Notes: generated by a model from the sequence alone, not told the origin. A stretch of DNA of 64,000 nucleotides from Octopus vulgaris (GCA_951406725.2 OX597815.1:133238001-133302000); one strand, 5' to 3'; counted from the first letter of the stretch, positions 1 through 12,775 are shown. Numbers and translations: made by a program.

Positions 1-5
1 AATGT

Positions 6-1178
6 TTGAGGCCGATATGGCAACAAACTACTTATATAACGAGGGGTAGTCGCTTCGGCACGGTAGAGGTGCGTTTCCCTAGCGAAGAAAAAGCTAGGGA
101 ACATTCAACAAGAACGTTGAAGTCGGAAGATGTAGTTCTTCTACCATTTTATTTAGGAATGAGAACTTCCAAAATAACGGTCACAGATATTCCTCCCGAA
201 ATAGATGTGGAGTTTGTCATAGCAGCGATTCTCTTAGGCAAAGAGGAAGAAATTGCCATTCTTCAGTCTAAGAGATATCGCCACATGAACTGGTATGGAC
301 AAGACTTAGACCTTGTGATCCAAGCAAACCCCACGGACTTGGAAAAATTGCCCAGCTCCCTCACCATTGGAGATAAGACCAGCATGATGGTAATAGTCGA
401 GGGGAGAAAGCCTAGGTGTTATAAATGTGGCGAGAAAGGCCACATAAGGTCGAGCTGTAAGAAGACAGCCAAAGAAAATGCTGCAGAGGCAAGCACGACG
501 CCGAAAACAACAACTACACCGCTAGAAATAGCAACCACGTCGCGCACCCCAATTGCCGAAGTTCAACCAACAACGGGAGAAAACAACAACGACAACAACA
601 ACAACAACATCCAGGAGTGGGTCACCATAGAACCTTCAAAAAGAAGACGGAAACGGAAAAATCCACCCTCTTCGGATACACAGGACTATACTCCGAGACA
701 GACAAGCACACCCACAAATACAGTCGCAAACACACACGTAGCCAAAAAACATACACATTGGAAAAAGCACACACAAACACACACACACCTACCACAAGCA
801 CACACACACCTACAAATACCCACGCTTCTACAAGCACACACACACCCACAAACACAAACACACACACCCCTCCACAATCGCCTAACTAAAAAAAGAAACA
901 CCCTCACAGCGATAAATAAAAACAATAACCCATTAAGAGAAAAAATTATTTTAATGAAATCGGCGAAAAAATATATCGTAACAGATATAAATAGTACTAT
1001 TTCTGAAAATGTAGAATTTTATACAATAGATAACGCTGATTATTTTGAACTAAAAAAATCTTTTGCGGAGGACGTCGGCCCGTTACAGATGAACTTTTCG
1101 AGCCATCTGTACAGGCAATTCGCAAAAAAAACTGTCCTCGCAAAACATAACACTCACAGACAGAAAAGAGGAGGGTGA
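6..1178 (+). CDS. LINE ORF1 (gag-like, CCHC zinc knuckle), probably 5'-incomplete
   Basis: 390-aa open frame with VEGRKPRCYKCGEKGHIRSSC (CX2CX4HX4C) and a low-complexity, basic C-terminal half, directly upstream of the APE domain. Confidence 0.8.
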   Translation: MRPIWQQTTYITRGSRFGTVEVRFPSEEKAREHSTRTLKSEDVVLLPFYLGMRTSKITVTDIPPEIDVEFVIAAILLGKEEEIAILQSKRYRHMNWYGQDLDLVIQANPTDLEKLPSSLTIGDKTSMMVIVEGRKPRCYKCGEKGHIRSSCKKTAKENAAEASTTPKTTTTPLEIATTSRTPIAEVQPTTGENNNDNNNNNIQEWVTIEPSKRRRKRKNPPSSDTQDYTPRQTSTPTNTVANTHVAKKHTHWKKHTQTHTHLPQAHTHLQIPTLLQAHTHPQTQTHTPLHNRLTKKRNTLTAINKNNNPLREKIILMKSAKKYIVTDINSTISENVEFYTIDNADYFELKKSFAEDVGPLQMNFSSHLYRQFAKKTVLAKHNTHRQKRGG

Positions 1179-1326
1179 AACTACACCCTCTCTTCCGTAA
1201 AACAGTAAGTTTTAAACTTTCGACTAATTTTTCACATTCTCGTTTAAACTCGGTTGTATAAATATTCGCGGCCTGGGGTCGTATTGGAAGCAAAGCTATC
1301 TCCTTAACGACCTTAGGTCGCATCGT

Positions 1327-3744
1327 TTGGATGTAGTGGTAATTACCGAATCCAGACTGAGTGGGCTGCAGGACTTTACGCCCCTTCTAAACGGCTACGA
1401 GAAATACGTTTCTCCCTGTCGACCTGGAGGGGGAGGAGGAGTGGCAGTGCTGGTCAGGAAAAACCTGGGTTTAGAGATTAGAACTGTCTTTATAGATCCG
1501 GAAGGCAGGTTGGTCGTTTTGGATGTGACGCACAGCAGTGGTAAAGTGTTCAGGCTGGTCGCTGTCTATGCTCCCTGCGAAGGAAAAGCCGGGCAGAAAG
1601 AGTATTTCAAAAGCCTAGAGAATTTTCTTGGCACGTTGAACACGTTAGTATTGCTAGGTGACTTCAACATAATTTGCGATGCACGCGTAGATTATGTTGG
1701 CTCGAGAAAGATTAGGAGGGGATTACCTCACCTCAACGATATGCTAAGTCGTTTCTAATTGGCAGATAGATTCAGACTGGACCACCCAAACACTCCAGCG
1801 TGGACTTGGGCAAGAAACGACGGGTCGTCCAGTTCTTACATTGATAGAATCATAACTAGAAGCTGTCCACTTAGCTGTCCACAACACCATATCGTCAGCT
1901 ACAGCGATCACAAATTAGTGACCTGTACGCTCGACATAAATAGCATGTGTAGACGATGTACCGGTTACTGGAAGCTAAACAAGTCACTATTGGACTGTGA
2001 AGCCTACAGGAATCGTATTAAACAATTAGTAATGAGGGTGTTAACCGGATCCATTATCAACAACAAATGGTGGTACGCCCTGAAAAGAGCCATCAAATTT
2101 GAGTCAATTAGGTTTAGCAAAGAACTAGCTAGTGCTAGAAACAAAATAGAAAACGAACTAGTTAAGGCAATGAGGCAATGAGGTCAGGCAGTGCATCGAA
2201 AGTGTTAGCGGCGAGGTTAGCACTCGACCAACATCTCAAAGCTAAACATGAAGGGTGCATCGTCAGGGCTAAGATCCGTGCAATGAGACAAGAAGGGATC
2301 AATGCAGACGGATGGGCCCGGATGGTAGAGGGCCAGCGTGGCAACAACTCAACCATTCGATCCTTGACGGGCCCAAATGGTCAATTAGTAGATGAACCCG
2401 AGGAGATGTGCAAGGTGTTTCATGATCATTTCGCCTAGCTATTCGGGAGGAGCAGCGAGCTGGAGCGCGGGGAGAAGTTCGCAGACTTCCTAGCCGGTTC
2501 GCCGTGTCTATCGAGGCGCCGTGTCTATGTGAGGCGCCGATCACAGCCAAAGAAGTCGAGGATATGTTGGCAGACTGCGGCGGGGACAAATCGCCGGGAC
2601 TCGATGGTCTGCCTTACGAACTCTATAGTAGCATGGCAGACTTGTTTGGGCACCTACTTGCATGCGTGTACACCAACTGGCAGCAGAACGGGAGAATTCC
2701 TAAGTCTGTGAGCCGAGGGGTGGTAGCGCTGTTAAGAAAGGACCCAAACAAGGGGGATTTAATTGATAATTTTCGGCCCATCACTCTGCTTAACGCAGAG
2801 TTGAAGATTTTGGCCAAGGTCTTAGCAAAAAGGTTGGCGCGGGTCGTGGGTGAACTTGTTGGCGAGGCGCAAACTTGCTCCATCCCTGGAAGGACCATCC
2901 ACGACAATCTCCACTTTCTACGCTATGCCTTAGAAAGGGTAAATAGGATTCCTGGCAAGGGTGGGGCTATGGTCCACTTGGACCAATCGAAAGCGTTTGA
3001 TAGGGTGGACCATTAGTATCTTGCGGCAGTCCTCGCGGCGGCTGGCTTCGGCCCGACCTTCCGCGGATGGATCATCGCTTTATACAGCAACATCGAATCG
3101 GTAGTTCGGGTAAATGGTTGTTTTTCGGAGCCGTTCAGCATTGAACGTTCGGTACGTCAAGGGTGTCCTCTCTCCCCGCTTCTCTACGTTTTGGCCCTCG
3201 AGCCGTTGCTGAGGAGGTTGGAAACTATGAGAGACACTCCGCAAGATCTAGGGTGCGGAAAGTCAGCTTCGGTGTATGCGGACGACATCACCGTCATCGT
3301 TTCCCGAGTCGAGCACCTACAATGGGTGGGTGAGGCCTTAAGGGACTGCGAAGCGGTGGCAGGAGCGAAAGTCAACCGGGATAAATCGGTCGGCTTGCAA
3401 CTCGGCACCTGGAGGGGCAAGTCGATGTCTTCCGACAGCGTCGTAGGACGTTGGACGGAAGGAGCGGTGAAAATGCTTGGAATCTGGTAAGGTCCAGATC
3501 TCCAGATAGAGAAGAACTGGAGCGAGGTGGCGAGAAAGGTGGCTCTCCTAACTCAGACATGGTCTGAGCGGAAGCTGTCCTTGAAAGGGAGGGCGGAAGT
3601 TGCAGAGGTGTTTATCGCCTCTGTAATCACTTACCGCCTGACCGTCGTGCCTTGCCCCGATTCGTGGCTGAACAAACTAGAACGCATGTTCTTTCGCTTT
3701 TTGTGGAGGGGCAGCAGACCTCTTGTAAGGCGCTCTATTTGCTG
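1327..3744 (+). pseudogene. LINE ORF2 (APE endonuclease + reverse transcriptase), disrupted
   Basis: APE motifs ITES, VYAP, LGDFN, SYIDRI, SDH and GYWKLN. RT motifs KSPGLDGLP, FRPITLLN, LDQSKAFDRVDH, VRQGCPLSP and YADD. Stops at 1758, 3016 and 3490, frameshifts, and a short tandem duplication near 2500-2540. Confidence 0.9.
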
Positions 3745-3840
3745 TTTGTTTATTCATATGTTTCGTCTCATTCGATACCCTGACCCCCAACGTTTGTTTT
3801 GTCCCCTCTTTTTCTCAAACTTATGGTGAATAAAGAAATA

Positions 3841-3841
<1 letters not shown>

Positions 3842-3878
<37 letters not shown>

Positions 3879-4039
3879 TTCTCTCTCTATCTTTCTCTCT
3901 CTCTCTTTCTCTCTCTATCTTTCTCTCTCTATCTTTCTCTCTCTATCTTTCTCTCTCTATCTTTCTCTCTCTCTTTATCTCTCTTTCTTTCTCTGTTTCT
4001 CTCTTTCTCTCTCTTTCTTTCTTTCTCTTTCCTTATCTT

Positions 4040-4073
<34 letters not shown>

Positions 4074-4165
4074 GCTCTCGCTCTCTCTCTTTCTCTCTCT
4101 ATCTTTCTCTCTCTCTTTCTCTCTCTATCTTTCTCTCTCTCTTTATCTCTCTTTCTTTCTCTGTT

Positions 4166-4227
<62 letters not shown>

Positions 4228-4262
4228 TCTCTCACTCTCTCTCTCTCTCTCTCCTCGCTTTC
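3842..4262. repeat. (CT)n-rich compound microsatellite
   Basis: Read directly from the sequence. Confidence 0.95.
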
Positions 4263-5089
4263 CTCTACAGCTGAACAATCAACGACTCAGAATGGAAATA
4301 AGTCAAATATGATTTTTTTAAACTATGAACTATTTTCTCTTTGTAAGAAATTTGGTAAATTAAAAGCTTTATATGATGTAAAGGAAAAAATATTAAATAT
4401 GTGTCTTTTTTCCTCTTTGATGTAAATTCCTCAACTTAATATAATTTAGCTTAACCAAAAGAGATTATATCTTTTGTAATGGTAAATTCAGCAGGAGCTC
4501 ACACTAAGTGTTAAAAACATAAAGACAACCCACTAAGTATTAGAATCTAACAACCTTCAAAGAGTAACTGGACATTTTATTCTATAGATTTTTAAAAAGA
4601 TAGACTCCCACCAGATAAATTTTTCTTGAGATCATACAAGAAGTAGAGACATGCAAAGAGATGAATAATTTACTAAGCGTTAGTCATATATTTATTAAAC
4701 AAAGGTGGTATATATATATATATACAGCATAAATGTTTTGTATGAGAATCCAATGTTATATAATGGTTGTTTTATGCGAGAAATCAATGCTATATTATAA
4801 ATAATGGTATAATATTAGTATTAATAAAGCAACTTGGTGAACTGATTGGGACATATGTCTAAAGATGAAATTTTCAAGGTATACAATCGTTTAAATTAAA
4901 AACTCAGGAATTTTGATTGACACAATCTGATAATTGTTGTTGGCCAGTGAAACCCCACTAGAGAGCAATGCATGTTTCGATTTCATGTAGCTGCGTCTAG
5001 AAAATTTCAGTCAAATGGAGTTTGCCTTTTATGCATACTCAAGGAAGAACTGTATGCTTCGCTAAACTCATCGTTCATCATTTTTGCAG

Positions 5090-5366
5090 TAATACCGTGG
5101 ATAGATTGGCTAAAGTCCTTTCCCGAGTCATATAGACTCATGGGGAAGGTTTCCCGGTTTCCCGGTTTCCGTGACTCAGATTTTCCCCACTGGACGGGAC
5201 ATCGGACCGTCGAAGGATTACTCATTTTGCCAGCTGAGTAAACTGGAGCAACGTGAAAGGAAATGCTCTGCTCAAGAACACAGCGAGCCGCCCGGTCCAG
5301 GAATCGAAACCACAATCTTATGACCATGAGTCTAACACCTTAATCACTAAGCCACGCGCCTCCACA
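5090..5366 (-). mobile_element. tRNA-derived SINE
   Basis: Minus-strand head GGCGCGTGGCTTAGTGATTAAG...GGTTTCGATTCC (A/B boxes). Related copies lie near 11970-12090, 14650-14860 and 43190-43515. Confidence 0.7.
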
Positions 5367-5679
5367 AAATAATACAGTTAGGTTGATAGAAAGCAGTGTT
5401 AATGCTAAATTGTGTGCGGTATATAAACAGCACAACACAAACCAACTTCAGAACTACAGCCATCAATAGATGTTAGTGAATCAACCTTTCTCAAAACTTG
5501 GACTGTGCCAGCATCTTTTTGAATGATTTTAGCAAAGACATAAAGGATTCATGTACGCATCCATCTGTATATGTTTCCAGTGTGTGTTTCTACATATTTA
5601 TATTCTTTTATTCTTTTACTGGCTTCAGCGAGAGGCTGGGGCTATGTTGGAGCAGCGCCTTTCAGTGTTTTGGGGGTCT

Positions 5680-6790
5680 CCTTTCGGTACTGTTTTCAGA
5701 GAAGCAATAAATGACACAAAAAGAAACGGGCTGACGTTCTTGAAAGAGTTTACAGTGTCCCACCCCACCACATCCCAACCCCAAAGCCAAGCAGAATGCT
5801 ACTATTTATGGCTCCTTTTTGCATGAAGTACGTGGTCCCAAATCATTCCAAGATTCGAGGAGGATGAATGGTCATGTGTGTGAAACTTATAGGGAAGCAC
5901 GCTATCAACAAGTTTTTTGGGGTTTTTTTTTTTAGAAAATGATGAGCATTGGGAACTTGAATTGACTGAAGCATCAGTATCAGATTCTCCAATAAAACTC
6001 CGTAGCCTTTTTGCAATTATACAGAACATGTGTCAACTTGGCAGTTCCCTACAGCTTTGGATAAAACATCGTGAGGACATGATTCTCTTTTTCTCTCTTT
6101 TACTTGTTTCAGTCATTTGACTGCGGCCATGCTGGAAAATCGCTTTTAGTCGAGCAAATCGACCCCGGGACTTATTCTTTGTAAGCCCAGTACTTATTCT
6201 ATCGGTCTCTTTTGCCGAACCGCTAAGTGACGGGGACGTAAACACACCAGTATCGGTTGTCAAGCAATGTTAGGGGGACAAACACAGACACACAAACACA
6301 CACACATGCATATATATATATATATACATATATACGACAGGCTTCTTTCAGTTTCCGTCTACCAAATCCACTCACAAGGCATTGGTCGGCCCGGGGCTAT
6401 AGCAGAAGACACTTGCCCAAGATGCCACGCAGTGGGACTGAACCCGGAACCATGTGGTTGGTTAGCAAGCTACTTACCACACAGCCACTCCTGCGCCTAT
6501 TGAGGACTTAAACTAGGCAGTTCAACTGGCAAACCCAGATATCAATATTCAGTTCTCTGAAGCAATTTTTGAATAAGCACAGATTGAAATTGAGGATCAA
6601 GTTTTAGATATGGGAGACAAAAATTTGCAAATCTGGTTTTGGACTGCCAAAAACAAACCGTCATATTAGTGATTTAACTTCAAGAGACATAGCAAGAGAG
6701 ACAAATTATGACATCACAGACTTAGCTGCATTTGTAAATGAACGTGAAGCTAAACTTCTTCCAGAACAACGCTGTGCGTATGATAAAATG
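5680..6790 (+). mobile_element. Helitron RepHel remnant, interrupted by a SINE at ~6085-6497
   Basis: Frame-broken peptides RVYSV..AECYYLWLL.HEVRGP, LENDEHWELELTEAS..PIKLRSLFAI..LWIKHREDM and NYDITDLAAFVNEREAKLLPEQRCAYDK match the Rep-to-helicase linker of Helitrons. Confidence 0.75.
6085..6497 (-). mobile_element. tRNA-derived SINE with internal CA/TA microsatellite (octopus-type family)
   Basis: Head GGCGCAGGAGTGGCTGTGTGGTAAG...GGTTCAGTCCC. Close copies at ~13555-14045(-), 22746-23110(+), 24065-24450(+), 28937-29310(+), 33775-34160(+), 34435-34738(-) and 41815-42150(+). Confidence 0.85.
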
Positions 6791-6821
6791 TTTCATGTTT
6801 TTATTATTATTATCATCATTA

Positions 6822-6889
<68 letters not shown>

Positions 6890-7220
6890 TTTCTATGTTT
6901 GACTTTTGCTTTATGTTTGTACAAGTTGGCTCCAAGTCTCACCCAGAGACCTCAAGAGACAACAGGTTGGAAGTTCACGTTGTTGTTATGCCTAGTGTGC
7001 CATATATTTGGGAGATTTTTCCCCTTTTTTTTCTTTTTGGTGTTGTACTAGTGAATGTCTAATAATTTTTTTTTTTTTTAAGTTTGTTTTAAACCTTGGG
7101 ATTACATAGAGAGTATTTTGCGTAGGATATGAGCAGTTCCCATGAGCACTATCTTTTGAATTTCTGCCATTTTGGGGTTTCCTGGTATCTGAGTTAGGTA
7201 GCAATCAGCCCCTTACGCTA
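6890..7220 (-). mobile_element. R4/Dong-type retrotransposon 3' end, 5'-truncated
   Basis: Minus strand encodes LTQIPGNPKMAEIQKIVLMGTAHILRKILSM* plus a 3' UTR. Flanked by (TAT)n on both sides. Confidence 0.8.
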
Positions 7221-7237
7221 TTATTATTATTATTATT

Positions 7238-7920
7238 CAGTAGTTTTATTTTTATTTTTATAGCGTGCTTTCACTTCACTACCGAGCGCAGCTCTGTGTG
7301 CCTTGGGTAGGTGCTGTGATTTGTTGTGATGCTCTGATGGTTATTGTATGGAAAGTGTTCTGCGTAGGATGTGGGCAGTGCCTAGTAGTGCAATTTTCTG
7401 TATGTTATATGTGTTTGTAAGTCCTGGTGTTTTTGTTATGTATTTGTCTGAATATTTTTTTATCATGCCTAATGCACCTACTATGATAGGAATTGTTTCT
7501 GTTTTCAGATTCCACATTCTAGTTACCTCTATTTCCAGGTCTTTGTATTTTGAGAGTTTCTCCATTTCTTTTAGAGACACGTTGTCATCTGCCGGTATTG
7601 ATACATCAATTAAAAAGCATTTTTTTTCTTCATGATCTCTGACAACTATATCTGGTCTGTTGGCCTTAATTTCTCTATCTGTGTGTATCGGCATATCCCA
7701 GAGTATGGTTGCTTTCTCGTTTTCTGTGACCTTTTCTGGTGTGTGCCTATACCATCTTTTTTCTGTTGTTATTCCATAATGTTGGCATAGCTTCCAATGT
7801 ATGTAGGTTCCAACTCTGTCATGTCTGTGAATATATTCCTTCTTAGCCAGGACTGGGCAGCTAGAGATAATATGATTTATTGTTTCTTGTCCATCTCCAC
7901 ATATTCTGCAGTTACTTGTA
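7238..7920 (-). mobile_element. R4/Dong-type retrotransposon, RLE domain and 3' UTR
   Basis: ORF 7341-7694 carries ANRPDIVV..LIDVSIP..KLSKY..LGTAHILRRTLS (PD-(D/E)xK RLE). Upstream CPVLAKKEYIHRHD is readable. Flanked by (TAT)n. Confidence 0.9.
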
Positions 7921-7963
<43 letters not shown>

Positions 7964-8096
7964 TTGTATTGTGAATTGATTTCCCAACTGAAGAATAAAT
8001 TGTATCCCAATTGTAGAATAAATTGAATTTAGAATAACAAATTTCTCCACGACATATTTCGCTTTTTTTCTTTCAATATATACGGAACAATTTCAT

Positions 8097-8126
8097 TCCC
8101 GGGCAACGCCGGGTGCTTCTGCTAGT
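8097..8126 (+). mobile_element. Helitron 3' terminus (hairpin + CTAG)
   Basis: CCCGG-GCAACG-CCGGG hairpin, then TGCTTCTG-CTAG followed by T. It lies downstream of the RepHel remnant. Confidence 0.75.
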
Positions 8127-8353
8127 CATCTATAAAACTCAAAGACGCCACAGTACGTCTTTGCTGCATACGAAAGTTGAAAACGCCATCAATTCAATAG
8201 TGATATTTAGTCGTGGACGGACACTTTTCTGTGGCGGAGTTTACTGCTATTGGAATTCTTATCATGAACGTCTCATCACTTCTTAATAAATATACCAGAG
8301 TGTAGATATCGAGCATAAAATTCTTTGTATGATAAACATTTGTGTGTGTGTAC

Positions 8354-8481
<128 letters not shown>

Positions 8482-8616
8482 CGCTCGCACACACTACGAA
8501 AAAGGTTCTTCCAAAAAGGTTAGTAATATCCTGATAAAAGATTTTATAACCTTTTTTAAATATTATTTTTAATCCTCTTTATACTTAAAAACTGTATTAA
8601 GTAATTTTCAGAAAGA

Positions 8617-8650
<34 letters not shown>

Positions 8651-8692
8651 TAAATGAAAGAATGGAGTCGAACGACGATTTTAACAAAATTC

Positions 8693-8786
8693 CTTTACTC
8701 TCGACACATGTTTCGAAGGTTGCATATTCCTAATTCCGAAGGAATAAAGGGTGCATTATGCCGCCATCTCATCAGGAAAGGCAAAG
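8693..8786 (-). ncRNA. Type I hammerhead ribozyme (intact core)
   Basis: Minus strand reads CUUUGcCUUUC-CUGAUGA-G[long stem II GAuGG..GCAUA/UAUGC..CCuUC]C-GAAA-C(AUGU)GUC-GAGAGUAAAG. Stem I arms pair with one bulge. The GUC site is at 8705-8703. Confidence 0.75.
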
Positions 8787-8988
8787 AACTTATGTCAGCA
8801 CCATGAAGAGCAAAAACTTTGAGAGAGAGTAGCAAAAACTTGAGAGAGAGTAGCAGTCAATAATTTTACGACGCTATAATAAAGCTTCACTGTATATATT
8901 CTGGCAAAGATGTGAGGGCAGCGAACATAAAACATTTCGTCTTACCTCTAGGAAGAACATTAGCTAAATGGACAACCCCGAATCGGAT

Positions 8989-9063
8989 AATCTAGTACCT
9001 AGGGTTCGGAGTCTTCAAATACGATTGTTATCGTAAATTTGATTAGTCTTCATCAGCTAGATT
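8989..9063 (-). ncRNA. Type I hammerhead ribozyme, degenerate (GAAA>GAAC)
   Basis: Minus strand reads AAUCUAG-CUGAUGA-[hairpin UCAAA.UACGAU/AUCGUA.UUUGA]-CGAAc-CCUAGG-UA-CUAGAUU. Stem I is a perfect 7 bp and stem III is palindromic. There is one core substitution and the base of stem II is weak. Confidence 0.55.
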
Positions 9064-10159
9064 TAAGATTTACCTGGACAATATTTCATATGTTGCAACA
9101 TCAATGCCAGTATACTCGCCTCATCGCCTAGCCGTTGACAGAATCGAGAACAGTGAAAAAGTTTTAAATGAAAAATTAAATATTGTAATACAAATGTATT
9201 AGTTTCCAGTCAAATAAAGCACCGTAAAGGTAGAAGTATAAATACAGAGTAGCGGTACAACAAGGCACCAATGTTTACTGGAAATAGCAATCGATAAATT
9301 TACGACGCTATAGTAAAGTTTCACTGTATATATATATACCAGCAAAGACGAGTGAGGGTAGCGAACATAAAAAATTTCGTCTTACCTCTATGAAGAGCAT
9401 TAGATAAGTGGACAATCCAGAATCGTATAATCTAGTAACTATGTTATAAAACTGTAATAATATTGTAACAATAAACAAATTTTGAAGATGATGTATAGTT
9501 CTGTTCTTCATTATGATGTAATATATATATAGATATATGGCTTTGTTGTCACAAGAATTTATATTTAGGTGTTACTTGTCTTTTACTTCAAAAAGAAAAA
9601 AAGTCTCAATTTACAAATATTGCTAATAGCTTTCGGTTATATTTTAAAACATGAAACAATAAATGTTCTTTTTTTTTTAACCCTTCGATTGTTCTTTCTT
9701 CTTTTATTTTTGATACGTTTAAAAGAAACAGAGTGTGTAAGATTAAAATAATTGTTTAAATTATGATATTTTTATTACGTTTTTATGATCTTTTGAGACA
9801 ACTAGTGTTTGAATTATGAGTCTTTTTCACTCTGTTTATTACGCTTTTTAAAACTGATAGATGTTAAGAAATTAAAAAGAAAAAAGACGCATAAACAAAT
9901 TGTTATCTTGATTTCAGACAATTCAATCAAAGAATCTATAACATAACTGAACAAATAATAATAACTAGATGAATGAACATACCAGTAAAACATTTATATA
10001 TTGTATCTGGCTAACCACCTTAGTGTCAAGTTGGTTGGAACAGACCGCTAGCTGACCAAATTGCATTAAAATGCAGTTTAAATGTTTGCTTGCTTTTTTC
10101 TTTTTTTTTTGTACTCAATTTTGAAATTTCCCAGTTGTAATTTGCAAGTGTTAGTACAG

Positions 10160-10650
10160 TCATGAGTCAGCGTCAGCATTCAGTCCTCAGAAGAACAGGG
10201 GCTGGTAAAAAGGCCAAACTTGCCATCTTCAATTCAGTTTTCGTGTCTAACCTCACGCAGGGTCATCAATGTTGGCTAGTGACCGAGAGTACGATCGCAA
10301 ATAAAAGCGGCCGAAACGCAGGTTCCTCCGAAGGATGTCTAGAATAAAGTTACTCAACAGGGTGGTCTCACAATATGGGGAAGTAACGGCTCTATCTGGA
10401 GAGACTCCATTATTTCCGAACTACGCACCCTGTCAAGGGTACTATGGACATGTGATTAAAATGGCACAGGAAATATCACAAGACGGATTCTTCAAGCAGA
10501 ACCCACCAGCAGGAGCCCCAGGAATAGACCAAGAATGAGATGGTTGAATAATATTGAGTCTCAGTTGGTCATGCCTGAGAATGCTGCAGGAAAGTGTGAT
10601 GACGATTGCTTCTGGTATTACACTAAAGAGAAGGTGTCTGTGAAATGGAC
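10160..10650 (+). mobile_element. RTE-clade LINE 3' fragment (Expander/Rex3-like), decayed
   Basis: Broken peptides KKAKLAIFNSVFVSNLTQGHQCWLVTE, YYGHVIKM and GRPRMRW resemble the RTE C-terminus. Confidence 0.6.
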
Positions 10651-12094
10651 GGATGGTAACTTGTATTTACATTCTTTCATGATCGCCGAAATAGTACAAG
10701 TAACAAATTGAGAGGAATTCGGTTGCTAATGTATGAATCCCTGTAAAAATTCCTTAAGAATCTAGCCAAAAGTAAAACCACTGTCGGTAACAACACATTT
10801 TTCCGGGCTCTTGGATCATTTTTCTTCCTTCTATTTGAAAAGGGGAATTTTCCCCGAAACATTATTTGATAATTAAACAATCTATGTAAGGTAATATAAT
10901 GTCTTTCCTCTTTGCATTTATATCTTGACATTGTTGTCCATGTTTGTTTAATTTCTCATCTGTATTTCTTAAAGGATTCGGCGAACATTTATTTCATTGC
11001 AATGCTTGAGGCAAAATATAAAACTCTACACCAGCCCACAGTGATGCTTTACCGCAGCTAAAGCTGCACGGCTGAAACGTATAAAAGAATAAAAGAATAT
11101 AAACGAAGTAAAGTTAATAAGGACGACAGTTATCCGGGTGGTCTTATTTTCTTTCTATGTTTGTATTCAACTGAATTTACCCAAGTGGCGATAAAACGAA
11201 CTTCAGTTATAGAGAACAGGTAATTCATTCAAGTTTTCCTCGAGAAAACTGGTTATGTGGCTTAACCAAGCAAACTCATAAATCTTCAATTATAAGATAA
11301 ATAGATATTTCTTTGTCATAAGAACATGGAGCAGTGTATTGTATATTATCAATGTGTATCGAATTATTTCCTTTTATTTTGAAATTTAATACAAAACCAG
11401 AAATATCACTAAATATTTTGAAAGATAATTTCGCTCAATAGTTGAATAATTTTTTTTGTGAATAATTATGTGGTTCAATAAAGAAAAATTGAGAAGCACT
11501 TAAATTTCTTTTAATATTATTGATCTGCTGATATTTTCAAAACAAATGTTGATAAAGTTGATAGTTATAGGAAAACAACTTGTATACAACAGGTGCATTT
11601 AGCTGATCATTGACTATTTCGTTGCCACTATTGTTGAGAAGTGTTTAATGACGTCAGATGAGCACGATTTCCAATAGACATGTTAACGTCCTATAGAATA
11701 TCAAACATCTCTATCCCCACACCTTCTGTCTCCCTCTCTTTCTTTCACACACGCACATACACCTATATGTGCGTGTGTGTATCTGTGCGTCTGTGTCTGC
11801 GTGTCTGTGTGTACATGTATGCGTTAGAAATTTGCTTCCCAACCACATCGTTCCGGGTTCATTTCGACTGCGTGGCTCCTATCTTCTACTATGGCCGCGG
11901 GTCAACCAAACCCTTGTGAGCAGATTTCATAGACGGAAACTGAAAGAAGCCCTTCAGACAGATAGACAGGTAGCTGAGTGGACGTGAAATAAAGTGTCTT
12001 GCTCAAGGGCACAACGCGCTGCCGGAAATCGAACTCATGACCTTAGAATCGTGAGTCGAATACGCTAACCACTAATCCACGCCCCTTCACTCAC

Positions 12095-12775
12095 ACACAT
12101 ACATAGATACATGCGCACATACATACATATATACATACGTACATACATACATACATACATACATACATACATACATACATACATGCATACATACATACAT
12201 ACATACATACATATACTACGTACATACATACATACATACATACATACATACAGACATACATGCATGCATACATACATGCATACAGGCGCACATTCGTAAA
12301 TACATACATATATACATACATATATACATACATACATGCGTACATACATACAGATACACATATGTACATACATACATGCATGCATGCATACGTGCATGCA
12401 TACATACATACATACATACATACATACATACATACATACATACATACACTCTCTCTCCCACACATATATACATTATTTACATTATTTACATTTGACAGAT
12501 ATTTGTGCTCCTGCTTTCATCATACATACATACATGCATGCATGCATACATACATGCATACATGCGCACATTCGTAAATACATGCATATATACATACATA
12601 TATACATACATACATGCGTACATACATACAGATACACATACGTACACACATACATACATGCATGCATGCATACGTGCATGCATACATACATACATACATA
12701 CATACATACATACATACATACATACATACATACATACATACATACATACATACACTCTCTCTCCCACACATATAT
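12095..12775. repeat. (TACA)n compound microsatellite with a ~306-bp tandem duplication
   Basis: Unique interruptions (CACATTCGTAAA; ACTCTCTCTCCCACAC...GCTCCTGCTTTCATCA) recur. The second one recurs 306 bp apart. Confidence 0.9.

Larger units (their letters stand above)
1..3744 (+). mobile_element. Tx1/L1-clade non-LTR retrotransposon, decayed, 3'-truncated (runs off the window at the 5' end)
   Basis: ORF1 with a CCHC knuckle is followed by APE endonuclease and RT fragments in order. It ends after FLWRGSRPLVRRSICC at about 3744. Confidence 0.9.
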
